NCBI GenBank assembly: GCA_965248695.1
Contig: CBDFKD010000002.1
Span: 800,001 to 864,000 of the forward strand
DNA: 64,000 nt
Source of the DNA: Acidobacteriota bacterium
GTDB taxonomy: Bacteria > Acidobacteriota > UBA890 > WLXD01
Reading direction: 5' to 3'
Below, piece by piece: positions 48,823-57,594 of this stretch (within the stretch, counting starts at the first letter, position 1; every line of letters starts with the position of its first letter). The translations under genes were made by a program, and so were the position numbers. Under the pieces are notes generated by a model. The model had not been told where the DNA came from and did not search any database. It was given only the letters and a program-made list of their open reading frames with translations.

Positions 48823-50088
48823 TCAGGTCTCCTGCTCGAGCAGATCGCGGCCCAGCGCGCTTTCCAGCACGGCGAGCCTCTTTCGGACCGCATCGAGAGC
48901 TCCGAACTCCGCCAGCCGCGCGGCAGCCAGCTCCGACTCCGCGGCGAGTACCAGGAGATAGGAGATCTGACCGGCGCGATGTGCCAGCTCGTTGCGACGC
49001 ACTCTCTCGTGCGATGCCGGCACGAGCTCGTCGCGCCAGGCGAGCCACTCTGCGACCGCAGCGAGGTACTCAGCGTGAGCTTCACGAAGCGTCGAATCGA
49101 TACGCGCACGGACGGCGAGGTAGTCGAGCGCCGCCCTCTCCATCTGCGCCTCGGCGCCGGCGACGGCTCCTTGGCCGCGATCGAAGATCGGGATTGCCAG
49201 ATCCAGGCCCGGACCCAGCTCGAATCCCTCATCGCCCCCGCCGTTGGCATCGAGCACCGCGGCTACCTTCCAGAACTCCGTCTGCTCGATCCCCAGCCGC
49301 CGTGCCGCAGCCTCGACGCCAATCTCGGCGACGCGGACATCCGGGCGAGCGGCCAGCGCATCTTCGACGAGTGCTTCGATCGGCGGCAGCTGCTCAGGCG
49401 GCGCCGATTGCGCAAGCTCCGCACTCGGCGGGCGATCGAGTCCGATGAGCGCGCGGAGCCGTTCACGAGCGGGCACGACCCGATGTCCGGCCTCGGCCGC
49501 GCCGCCGCGAACCTCCGCTGCGCGCTGCATGAGCTCCGCCCGGCGCGTGGCAGCAGCCAGCTCGGCGTGAGCGATCTTCACATCGCGGGCCAGGCTGAGG
49601 CCGGCCTCGATGAGGGCGTTGGCGACCGCTTCGAGCTGCCGCTGAGCGAGCTCGACGCGCTTGGGCCGTTGCCAGAGAGCCTCCACCGGCCACCGCAGCG
49701 TCGCCTCCAGCTGCTTCGGCCCCCAGGGAAACAGTAGCGAGAGCACTGGATTGGGCAGGATGCCCGCCGCCGCCAGGTCGGCGGTCGCCACTCCCAGGGT
49801 CGCCAGCTGCGCGCGGAAACGCGGGTTGTTCCACAGGGCGATCGCCACGGCGTCGGCGCGCGACAAGCCATCGTCGAGGCGGATCCCGTCGGGAACGCGC
49901 GGTGCTATTTCGGCCGAGCGTTCCGACGCTGGCCGAAGGTCGCTCCCCGATCGTTCACGGAGGCCGGCGGAAACGTCCTGGAGGCCCGTCCGAGGCTCCG
50001 CGCTGACGCACCCCGCGCCGAAAAGAGCCATCGCGGCCAACCCGGCCGTGCCACGAACAGGCAAGCGGCCCGCACTACAGCAGCCCAT
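48823..50088 (-). CDS. TolC family outer-membrane efflux lipoprotein
   Basis: GAGC lipobox, ALWNNP, LPNP, IPIFDRGQG; possible internal deletion near 49500. Confidence 0.85.
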   Translation of the reverse strand: MGCCSAGRLPVRGTAGLAAMALFGAGCVSAEPRTGLQDVSAGLRERSGSDLRPASERSAEIAPRVPDGIRLDDGLSRADAVAIALWNNPRFRAQLATLGVATADLAAAGILPNPVLSLLFPWGPKQLEATLRWPVEALWQRPKRVELAQRQLEAVANALIEAGLSLARDVKIAHAELAAATRRAELMQRAAEVRGGAAEAGHRVVPARERLRALIGLDRPPSAELAQSAPPEQLPPIEALVEDALAARPDVRVAEIGVEAAARRLGIEQTEFWKVAAVLDANGGGDEGFELGPGLDLAIPIFDRGQGAVAGAEAQMERAALDYLAVRARIDSTLREAHAEYLAAVAEWLAWRDELVPASHERVRRNELAHRAGQISYLLVLAAESELAAARLAEFGALDAVRKRLAVLESALGRDLLEQET

Positions 50089-50148
50089 GTCCCCCCCTGG
50101 ACTCGAGGATTATGAGGCCGCCCCGGACCGACCGTCAACAGCCCACGA

Positions 50149-52095
50149 CTACTCGGGCCGTACGACCGCCGGCAACAGCACGTGTGACGGATACTCTGCC
50201 GAGTGATGCACCGTGTTGCGCGCCGGGACGCCCTCCACCTCATCGTAGTTGTTGCCGCCGGTGTTCAGGTTGCGGTCCCAGCGCGGGAAGTTGGAGCTGG
50301 AGACCTCCAGCCGGATGCGGTGCCCTTCGCCGAAGTAGTTGGCGGTGGCCTCGAGATCGAGGCGGATCTCGTAGACCTCGCCCGCTTCCATCCACACCGG
50401 GCGCCGCAGGTCTTCGCGGTAGCGCATGCGCAGCACGCCTTCCTGCAGGTTGAACGCCCGACCGTCCGGATAGACGTCGACCAGCTTGGCGGTGAAGTCG
50501 GTGTCCCTGGCATCGGAGGACACGTACAGGACGACTTGCAGGAACCCCGCGACCTCGATGCCCTCGTCCAGCGGCGGTGACGTGTACACCAGCACGTCGT
50601 TGCGCATCTCGATCGCCGACTGGTCGTAGCCGCCCGCGGCCGCCTCCAAGCCGGTACAGCACGCTTGTCCACCGCGCCCGAGCACGGGGGTGGTGGGGTC
50701 GTAGACGTAGGTGTCGGCGGCGCTTGGATCTGGGGCGTCTGAATCGGGGGCATCCCCGGTCGGCATCGACCGCGACAGCGTGCCGTCGCCGAAGCGACTG
50801 TTCGCCCGGCCGCCGCTGTCCAGGTACCACTCCTGGGTGACGGTTCCCTCGACCGGCCAGGACTCGGCGCCGCGCCACTCGTTGGCGCCCATGAGGTAGT
50901 ACTGCACCCGCGGCATGTCGGTGACGCCGTTGTCGACGCCCTTCAGCCAGCGCTCGAACCACCTCAGGTACAGGTCGACGAAGTCCTTGCGCGCATCGCC
51001 GAGGTCGCGCTCGCCGACCATCGTGTTCTCGGTTGCTGAGCCCCAGTTGCAGTGTGTGCTCGGCGCCACGATGACGAACTGGTTGTCGCGCGCCTCCCGG
51101 CTCGGCGCGTTGGCCCGCATCTGGTTGAACAGCTTCAACACGTTGCCCGGCCCGTAGTCGTACCAGGAGTCGATGTACAGCGCCGGCGTATCGAACGCAT
51201 CGTCGGGCCACACCAGGTCGGCCAGGCTGTCGAAGTAATCCGACTCCGGGGTGCTCGGCGCGTAGTCCTCGTAGTCGGTATGCGGCATGCCGGCGTTGCG
51301 AACCGCGTCGGCGACCGGCAGCGCCTCGTAGATCGCCATGATTTCCTCGCGGCTCATCCCGCCCCGCGGCGCCCTGTAGCCCGTGCTGAAGAAATCCGAC
51401 TGCTCCGACTGAAACCACTCCTGCCGGTCGATCCACTCGGGCGGGCCGTGAAACACCTTGCTGCCGGAGTCGAGGAACCAGCCCACCGTCTCCGCCAACT
51501 CCATCGCGCCGCCGTTGAACGAGGCGAACGGACGCCCGCCCCTGTTGTACGAGGCCGTGCTCGCCTGCGGGATCATCGCGGCGTGACTCGGATGCTGGGC
51601 GGCCCCGAGGACGAGCTGTACATCGCCCGAGTAGGAGCACCCGAACGTCCCGACCTTCCCGTTGGACCACCGCTGATCGACCAGCCAATCGACCGTGTCG
51701 TAGCCGTCGTTCCGATCCGCGTTCTTGGACTGATACCGGCCCTCCGACTCGTACCGCCCGCGCGTGTCCTGGATCGCGACCACGTAGCCCTGCTGCACGA
51801 ACAGCGGAACCGTGCCCTCGGTAGTGGAGAACCGGTGCTTGCCGTAGGGGGTCCGGATCATGACGATCGGCAGCTTGCCCGCCACGCCTTCCGGGAAATA
51901 GAGGTCAGTGGAGAGACGGACGCCGTCGCGCATAGGTACGAAGATGCTCTTTTCCTTACGGATCTCCGTCGTGCTTTGCGGCGCTCGGGGGCCGGGCTCG
52001 GTCGGATCCCTCGCCTCCGCCGACGCCATCAGCGGGATCAAGAGGATCACGCCGAAGACGCGCCACCTGACGGAATCGCTCCTGTTCTTGTTCAT
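50149..52095 (-). CDS. CocE/NonD family hydrolase (secreted)
   Basis: MRDGVRLSTD, RTPY, GCSYSG, WYD, SSSNFPRWDRN. Confidence 0.92.
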   Translation of the reverse strand: MNKNRSDSVRWRVFGVILLIPLMASAEARDPTEPGPRAPQSTTEIRKEKSIFVPMRDGVRLSTDLYFPEGVAGKLPIVMIRTPYGKHRFSTTEGTVPLFVQQGYVVAIQDTRGRYESEGRYQSKNADRNDGYDTVDWLVDQRWSNGKVGTFGCSYSGDVQLVLGAAQHPSHAAMIPQASTASYNRGGRPFASFNGGAMELAETVGWFLDSGSKVFHGPPEWIDRQEWFQSEQSDFFSTGYRAPRGGMSREEIMAIYEALPVADAVRNAGMPHTDYEDYAPSTPESDYFDSLADLVWPDDAFDTPALYIDSWYDYGPGNVLKLFNQMRANAPSREARDNQFVIVAPSTHCNWGSATENTMVGERDLGDARKDFVDLYLRWFERWLKGVDNGVTDMPRVQYYLMGANEWRGAESWPVEGTVTQEWYLDSGGRANSRFGDGTLSRSMPTGDAPDSDAPDPSAADTYVYDPTTPVLGRGGQACCTGLEAAAGGYDQSAIEMRNDVLVYTSPPLDEGIEVAGFLQVVLYVSSDARDTDFTAKLVDVYPDGRAFNLQEGVLRMRYREDLRRPVWMEAGEVYEIRLDLEATANYFGEGHRIRLEVSSSNFPRWDRNLNTGGNNYDEVEGVPARNTVHHSAEYPSHVLLPAVVRPE

Positions 52096-52203
52096 CGTCC
52101 GGACCTCCGGTGGGTATCGACTACCGAATACAGTTGTACGTGCTTTGGTGTTGCTCATCCAGGGTGACTTCTCAAGCATCGCGTCGAGGTCTTGATCCTC
52201 GCC

Positions 52204-53361
52204 TCAGTCGGAAAACAGACCGTCCCCGATACCCGCGACGATCGAGGGCACGCACTCGACGTGGTCGGCCAGGCTGTATCGCTTCTCTCCGGGGTACACG
52301 ACGACGACCCGGTCGAGCTCCAGATCCTCCAGCGAGATTCGAATCGACTTCGTTAGCCGAGGGCTGTCGGTTCGCTTGCACTCGATCCCCACGAGCTGGT
52401 CCCCGCGACGCAGGACGAGGTCCATCTCCGCTCCCTGATGCGTCGCCCAGAAGAAAGCCTCGTCGTGTGGCGTCGTGGACAGGATGTGCTCGATAACAAA
52501 CCCCTCCCAGGACGCCCCGACCTTCGGATGCGTCAGCAGGCGTTTCTCGCTGTCGATCCCGAGCAGTTGGTGCAGCAGGCCGCTGTCGCGAACGTAGATC
52601 TTCGGCGACTTCACCTGTCGTTTTCGCAGATTCGCGTGGAAGGGCTGCAGTTGCCGGATCATGAATGCGTCGGTGAGCAAATCCAGATGGCGTCGGGCGG
52701 TCGATTCACCCACGCCGAGCGCGCGAGCGGACTCCGCAGCATTCCATATTTGTCCGTGATAGTGCGCGACCGTCGCCCAGAAGCGTTGGAGCGCGACCGC
52801 GGGCACTCGCACGCCCCATTGGGGGAAGTCGCGTTCCAGCAGTGCTTGGATAAAGCCCTTCCGCCAGGCGAGGCTATCGTCATGGTCGGCGGCCAGATAC
52901 GACAGTGGGAATCCGCCCCTGAGCCACAGGTCTCTCTCCGAGGCGGCTCCGAGCTCGGCCGTTGTGAACCCGCCCATGACGATCTGCTCGACACGGCCAG
53001 CGAGGCTCTCCGACGACTGGCGAAGCAGGTCGCCGGAAGCGCTTCCAAGTATGAGGAATCGGGCCGGTGTGCCGGGGCGGTCAGCCAACACTCGTAGAAC
53101 AGGATAAAGGTCAGGCCGGCGCTGCACCTCGTCGATCACAACCAGTCCCTGCAGCGGCCGCAGGGCGGTCATCGGTTCGTCCAGACGCGCCAGATCCGCC
53201 GGATCCTCGAGGTCGAAGTAGTTGACGGAGTCCGCCTCCAGGAGCTTTCGGACGAGCGTTGTCTTGCCGCACTGGCGTGGGCCAAGGAGGACCACGACGC
53301 GACTGCGTCCGAGGGCTCGCTCCAGCTCTGCGACGAGGCGGGAACGGTCGATCATTTTCAC
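52204..53361 (-). CDS. AAA+ ATPase with DUF4143 domain
   Basis: GPRQCGKT, IDEVQ, SESLAGR, GGFP, PKIYVRDSG, EMD...IECK. Confidence 0.9.
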   Translation of the reverse strand: MKMIDRSRLVAELERALGRSRVVVLLGPRQCGKTTLVRKLLEADSVNYFDLEDPADLARLDEPMTALRPLQGLVVIDEVQRRPDLYPVLRVLADRPGTPARFLILGSASGDLLRQSSESLAGRVEQIVMGGFTTAELGAASERDLWLRGGFPLSYLAADHDDSLAWRKGFIQALLERDFPQWGVRVPAVALQRFWATVAHYHGQIWNAAESARALGVGESTARRHLDLLTDAFMIRQLQPFHANLRKRQVKSPKIYVRDSGLLHQLLGIDSEKRLLTHPKVGASWEGFVIEHILSTTPHDEAFFWATHQGAEMDLVLRRGDQLVGIECKRTDSPRLTKSIRISLEDLELDRVVVVYPGEKRYSLADHVECVPSIVAGIGDGLFSD

Positions 53362-53364
53362 AGA

Positions 53365-53407
53365 TTACCATGAAAATCAATTGTTGATCGAATGATATTC
53401 ATGGTAA
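53365..53407. promoter_or_regulatory. 15-bp inverted repeat at the AAA-DUF4143 promoter
   Basis: TTACCATGAAAATCA-13-TGATATTCATGGTAA (14/15 match). Confidence 0.7.
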
Positions 53408-53434
53408 CTGGCTGAGACGGTCACGCATCCCCCT

Positions 53435-54469
53435 CTAGGTATGGAGGTGGCAGGCCACGTGGTGACCAGGAGTCGGTTCGAGCAGTTCGGGCTCGACGAT
53501 GTCGCAATCGACGCTGTGCTCGGTCAGGACCTGGCTCTTGAGCGGGCATCGGGTGCAGAAGTTGCAGCCCGCCGGTGGGTCGGTCGGGCTCGGCACTTCG
53601 CCTTCGGCGGCGGTGGCGCGCGCCTGCCGTGCGCGCTCTGGATCGGGGATCGGAACGGCCGACAGCAGCGCATCGGTATAGGGGTGGCGGGGGTTGTCGA
53701 AGAGCTCATCGCGCGGGGCGCACTCGACCAACTTGCCGAGATACATCACCGCGACGCGGTCGCTGATCTGCCGCACGACGCCCAGATCGTGGGTGATGAG
53801 CAGGTAGGAGAGCTCCAGGCGCTGCTGGAGGTCCTGCAACAACTCGACGATCTGCGCCTGGATCGATAGATCGAGCGCCGAGGTGGGTTCGTCGCACACC
53901 AGCAGCTCGGGCTCGAGCGCCAAGGCGCGCGCAATCCCCACGCGCTGTCGCTGGCCGCCGGAGAGCTCGCGCGGTAACCGCGCGCCCAGCGCCAGGTCGA
54001 GCCCGACGGTCTCGAGTAGCGAGTCGACCTTTCGCTTGAGGGCGTCGCCGGCGAGCTGGCGGTGGATCTCCAGGGGCTCGGCGATAAGGCGCTCGATGCG
54101 CCATCGCGGGTTGAGCGCCGCGCCGGCATCCTGGAACACCAGCTGCATGCGCGGTCGCAACTTGGTCATCTCGGCTCGTCCGAGCCCGCCGATCTCGTGG
54201 CCGTCGAAGCGCACGCTTCCCGAGGTTGCCGGCACCAGTCGCAGCACGGCACGACCCAGCGTGCTCTTGCCGCAGCCGCTCTCCCCTACCAGGCCCAGCG
54301 TTTCGCCGCGGGCGAGCGTCAGTGAGACCCCATCGACCGCCCGCACCATGGTGCTGTCGCGGCGCCAGGAAGTCCCCCCGCGGCGTGGAAAATGTACTCG
54401 CAGGTCGGAGATCTCGAGCAGAGGCGCGCCGTTGCCGTTGGCTCCGGCGTTGTCGCCAGCGCCGCTCAT
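53435..54469 (-). CDS. Oligopeptide ABC transporter ATP-binding protein (OppF-like)
   Basis: GESGCGKS, LSGGQRQR, HPYT, C-terminal Cys cluster. Confidence 0.9.
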   Translation of the reverse strand: MSGAGDNAGANGNGAPLLEISDLRVHFPRRGGTSWRRDSTMVRAVDGVSLTLARGETLGLVGESGCGKSTLGRAVLRLVPATSGSVRFDGHEIGGLGRAEMTKLRPRMQLVFQDAGAALNPRWRIERLIAEPLEIHRQLAGDALKRKVDSLLETVGLDLALGARLPRELSGGQRQRVGIARALALEPELLVCDEPTSALDLSIQAQIVELLQDLQQRLELSYLLITHDLGVVRQISDRVAVMYLGKLVECAPRDELFDNPRHPYTDALLSAVPIPDPERARQARATAAEGEVPSPTDPPAGCNFCTRCPLKSQVLTEHSVDCDIVEPELLEPTPGHHVACHLHT

Positions 54470-54518
54470 GACCGACGGCTCCCGACTGCGCGGCTCATGC
54501 CGCTCCCGATCGCGCCGC

Positions 54519-55391
54519 TCATGACTGCGTCCCCGCCGAGGCGCCATCAGGACCGGCGCCCTTCGGCACCTTGCGTCGCGCCAGCGCCATGAGCTCGCGC
54601 GTGTACGGGTGCTCCGGCTGTGCATACAGCTGTACCGCCGGCGCCGCCTCGACGATCTTGCCGGATTGCATCACCACCACGCGGTCGGCGAGACCGGCGA
54701 CAACACCGAGATCGTGGCTAATCCAGATCAGCGCCATTCCGAGGTCGTCACGCAGCTGACGCATCAGATCGACAATCTGAGCCTGAACCGTCACGTCGAG
54801 GGCCGTCGTCGGCTCATCGGCAATCAACAACTCCGGCTCACCGGCCAGCGCCATCGCGATCATGGCGCGCTGCCGCATGCCACCCGACAGCTGATGTGGG
54901 TAAGCACCTACCAGCTCGTCGGGCTGCGGGATTCCCACACGCCCCAGCCATTGGACAATCTGCGGCCGGATCTCGGCGGCGCCGCCACCGAGATGGCGCT
55001 CGATGACCTCTCCTATCTGGCGGCCCACGGTCATCACCGGGTTGAGGGCCGACAGCGAGTCCTGGAAGACCAGGCCGATGCGCTTGCCCCGGACGGCGGA
55101 AAGCGCCGCCTCGTCGAGCCCCAGGAGATCGACCCCGTCGAGCCACACACGCTCCGCCGACACACGCGCCGGCGGAGTGGGCACGAGGCCGAGCAGCGAC
55201 ATCGCTGTCACGCTCTTGCCGGAGCCGGACTCTCCGACGATGCCGAGGGTTTCCCCGGCATCGACGTTGAACGAGATTCCGTCCACGGCGCGCACCACGC
55301 CGGCGGCCGTATCGAACTCGACGTGCAGGTCGCGCACTTCGAGCAGCGATCGGGCCCCGGCGTCGGGTTGCGCCGCAGAATCGGCCATCAC
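54519..55391 (-). CDS. Oligopeptide ABC transporter ATP-binding protein (OppD-like)
   Basis: GESGSGKS, YPHQLSGGMRQR, DEPTTALD. Confidence 0.9.
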   Translation of the reverse strand: MMADSAAQPDAGARSLLEVRDLHVEFDTAAGVVRAVDGISFNVDAGETLGIVGESGSGKSVTAMSLLGLVPTPPARVSAERVWLDGVDLLGLDEAALSAVRGKRIGLVFQDSLSALNPVMTVGRQIGEVIERHLGGGAAEIRPQIVQWLGRVGIPQPDELVGAYPHQLSGGMRQRAMIAMALAGEPELLIADEPTTALDVTVQAQIVDLMRQLRDDLGMALIWISHDLGVVAGLADRVVVMQSGKIVEAAPAVQLYAQPEHPYTRELMALARRKVPKGAGPDGASAGTQS

Positions 55392-55443
55392 GTTACCGGG
55401 AATTGCCGTGGCGCAAGCGTTGCCGGTTCCACTACCACCACCC

Positions 55444-55765
55444 TCAGTCCTCGAACCCCATCTCGGGGTTGAACGCGCCGCCGCCGCTCATCTCCTTGCC
55501 GTCGAGGATGACGGTCGGCGTCGCCAGCATGATGTCCATGTGAAAGTCGCTCAGCCCGACGGTGCCACCCATATCGGGATTCTGGTATCCGAAGCCGAAG
55601 TCGACCGCCGCGAGCTTGCGCTCGTCCTCGATCATGCGGCCGGAGATGCCGGCCTGCGGATTGAGGCCGAGGCTGAAGTGGCAGAGCTTGTAAATGGTCG
55701 GGTCGTTGCAGCTCGCCAGCCACTCGCGCATGTTGTCGGCCTCGGAGCCGCCCTCGACCTGGGGT
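55444..55765 (-). pseudogene. C-terminal remnant of an aminopeptidase T/leucyl aminopeptidase-like protein
   Basis: VEGGSEA...HFSLGLNP...EDER...HMD...PTVILDG; the 5' part is missing. Confidence 0.65.
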
Positions 55766-55895
55766 ACTCCGGAACACGATGGCAGATCGTATATCGTATC
55801 CAGTCTTGTGAGCCACAGGCGAAAGAGCAGCGTAGAACGGCCGTGAGACGACAACGCCGCCGCAAAGAGATGATTGAACAGTGAGGGAGCTGTCC

Positions 55896-57068
55896 ATGTC
55901 TTCGTTTCTGACATCGGACGAGATCGAAGCGCTCGAACGGCCAACAGGCAAAGCTCGCGGCCTTCCAGGCAGGGTCTATGGAGCGGAGTTTTTCGAGCTG
56001 GAACAAGAGCGGTTGTTCCCACGAAGTTGGTGCGCCGTAGGTTTCGCCAGCGATGTTCCGAACCCGGGCGATATCAAGCCGGTGGAGTTGGCCGGCTGGC
56101 CTGTCCTGCTCGTCAGGGGCGGGGACGGGCGCCTGCGGGCTTTCCTGAACATATGCCGCCATCGAGCCATGCGGGTGGTGTCGGACCCCTGTAAGAATGT
56201 GCGGTCTATCTCGTGTCCTTGGCACAAGTGGACCTACGACCTGGAAGGCACGCTGATCGGCACGCCGAGGATCGGTGGCCAGCAGTGCAACGTGGATCCA
56301 GAAATAGACTTGTCGGATCTGTCATTGCAAAGCATCGCGGTGGCGCAGTGGCAAGATCTGGTTTTCGTGAATCTGGATGGCCGGGCGCCCCCATTCGAAG
56401 CACACATTGCCCCCTGGGTTGAACTGGTCAGCGACTATGATCTGGAGGCGCTAAACCCGTCCGGTGGGTTCGAGCTCGACTATCCGGGCAACTGGAAGAT
56501 CACCGTCGAGGGCGCGGTGGAGGACTATCACCTCTTTGCATGCCATCCCCAGATCCTGAGCGACGTCCTGGATTCGGAGCCCGCTACCCATTGGTCGCCC
56601 CGCTGCTTCTATGCCGTCTCATCGACGCGTCGCTATGAGGCCGACGCGGATGCGACTGAGAAGCATGGTGTGCACGACCGGCTCCCTAGCATTCGTTCGG
56701 CCAATGAGGGCATCGCGGAAACCACCTACTTCGCCGGGCTCTTCCCAACCGGTTTCGTGCAACTCAGGTTGCACTACTTGATCCTTGCAACGGCCCTGCC
56801 GGACGGTCCGGATCGGACCAGGCTGGTGTTCAAGTTCTTCTACAAGGGGGACGCGGCCGCCGACCCGTCACTGGCCGAGACGAGAGACAACATCGTGAAT
56901 GAATGGCAGCTGATCTTCGAGCAGGACATCCCGTACATGAAGTACGTGCACCTGAATCACAAGTGCCCCGATATCCGTCGACACCTCGGTGGCACGCGCT
57001 ATGCTCCGGCCTGGGAAAAGAACGTGCATCGCTTCGACCGAGATGTAGTTGCGGTCATGGAAGATTAG
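55896..57068 (+). CDS. Rieske non-heme oxygenase alpha subunit (choline monooxygenase-like)
   Basis: CRHR...CPWH, NWK...EDYH...H, EQD. Confidence 0.9.
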   Translation: MSSFLTSDEIEALERPTGKARGLPGRVYGAEFFELEQERLFPRSWCAVGFASDVPNPGDIKPVELAGWPVLLVRGGDGRLRAFLNICRHRAMRVVSDPCKNVRSISCPWHKWTYDLEGTLIGTPRIGGQQCNVDPEIDLSDLSLQSIAVAQWQDLVFVNLDGRAPPFEAHIAPWVELVSDYDLEALNPSGGFELDYPGNWKITVEGAVEDYHLFACHPQILSDVLDSEPATHWSPRCFYAVSSTRRYEADADATEKHGVHDRLPSIRSANEGIAETTYFAGLFPTGFVQLRLHYLILATALPDGPDRTRLVFKFFYKGDAAADPSLAETRDNIVNEWQLIFEQDIPYMKYVHLNHKCPDIRRHLGGTRYAPAWEKNVHRFDRDVVAVMED

Positions 57069-57072
57069 CGCC

Positions 57073-57594
57073 GTGCGACGACCAACCCTCCTCGCAGCCC
57101 TCATCCCTTGTCTGCTGATCCCCGGTCTGCTGTCGGCCGCTCCGGCGAGCAGTCAGGAGGACGGCCGCATCCTCGACGCCCGGGCGCGCTACGAGACGCT
57201 CAATCTGATCCGCAACGACAAGTTCGACCTGATCCTGCCCGGCGCCATGCGCGACAACGACGTCGACATGTGGATCCACGTGATCCGCCTGGGCAACCAG
57301 GACCCGCTGGAGTTGGATCTGGGCGCCGAGTTCGGCACCTTCGTGTTCTCCGATCGCGGCGGCGATCGCCAGGCCTTCGGCAACGACGAGTACCTGACCC
57401 ACAACGTCAACGCCTGGTTCGATCTGAACGAGTCGCTGCCGGGACCCTGGGTCGACGTGCAGATCGGCGACAGCGGACCGCGATCCGGTACGCGCGAGCA
57501 ACTGCGCCAGCGCGATCCGACGCTGTACGCGCTGATCGACCGGTTCCTACCCGCCTCGCTGGGCGATCTGATGGAAGGCTGTGTTGGTAGCTAG
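57073..57594 (+). CDS. Chimeric secreted ORF (Xaa-Pro peptidase-like N-terminus + unrelated C-terminus)
   Basis: Signal peptide, 'DKFDLILPGAMRDNDVDMWI...DRGGDR' joined to 'EYL..NVNAWFDLN...TREQLRQRDP'. Confidence 0.5.
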   Translation: MRRPTLLAALIPCLLIPGLLSAAPASSQEDGRILDARARYETLNLIRNDKFDLILPGAMRDNDVDMWIHVIRLGNQDPLELDLGAEFGTFVFSDRGGDRQAFGNDEYLTHNVNAWFDLNESLPGPWVDVQIGDSGPRSGTREQLRQRDPTLYALIDRFLPASLGDLMEGCVGS

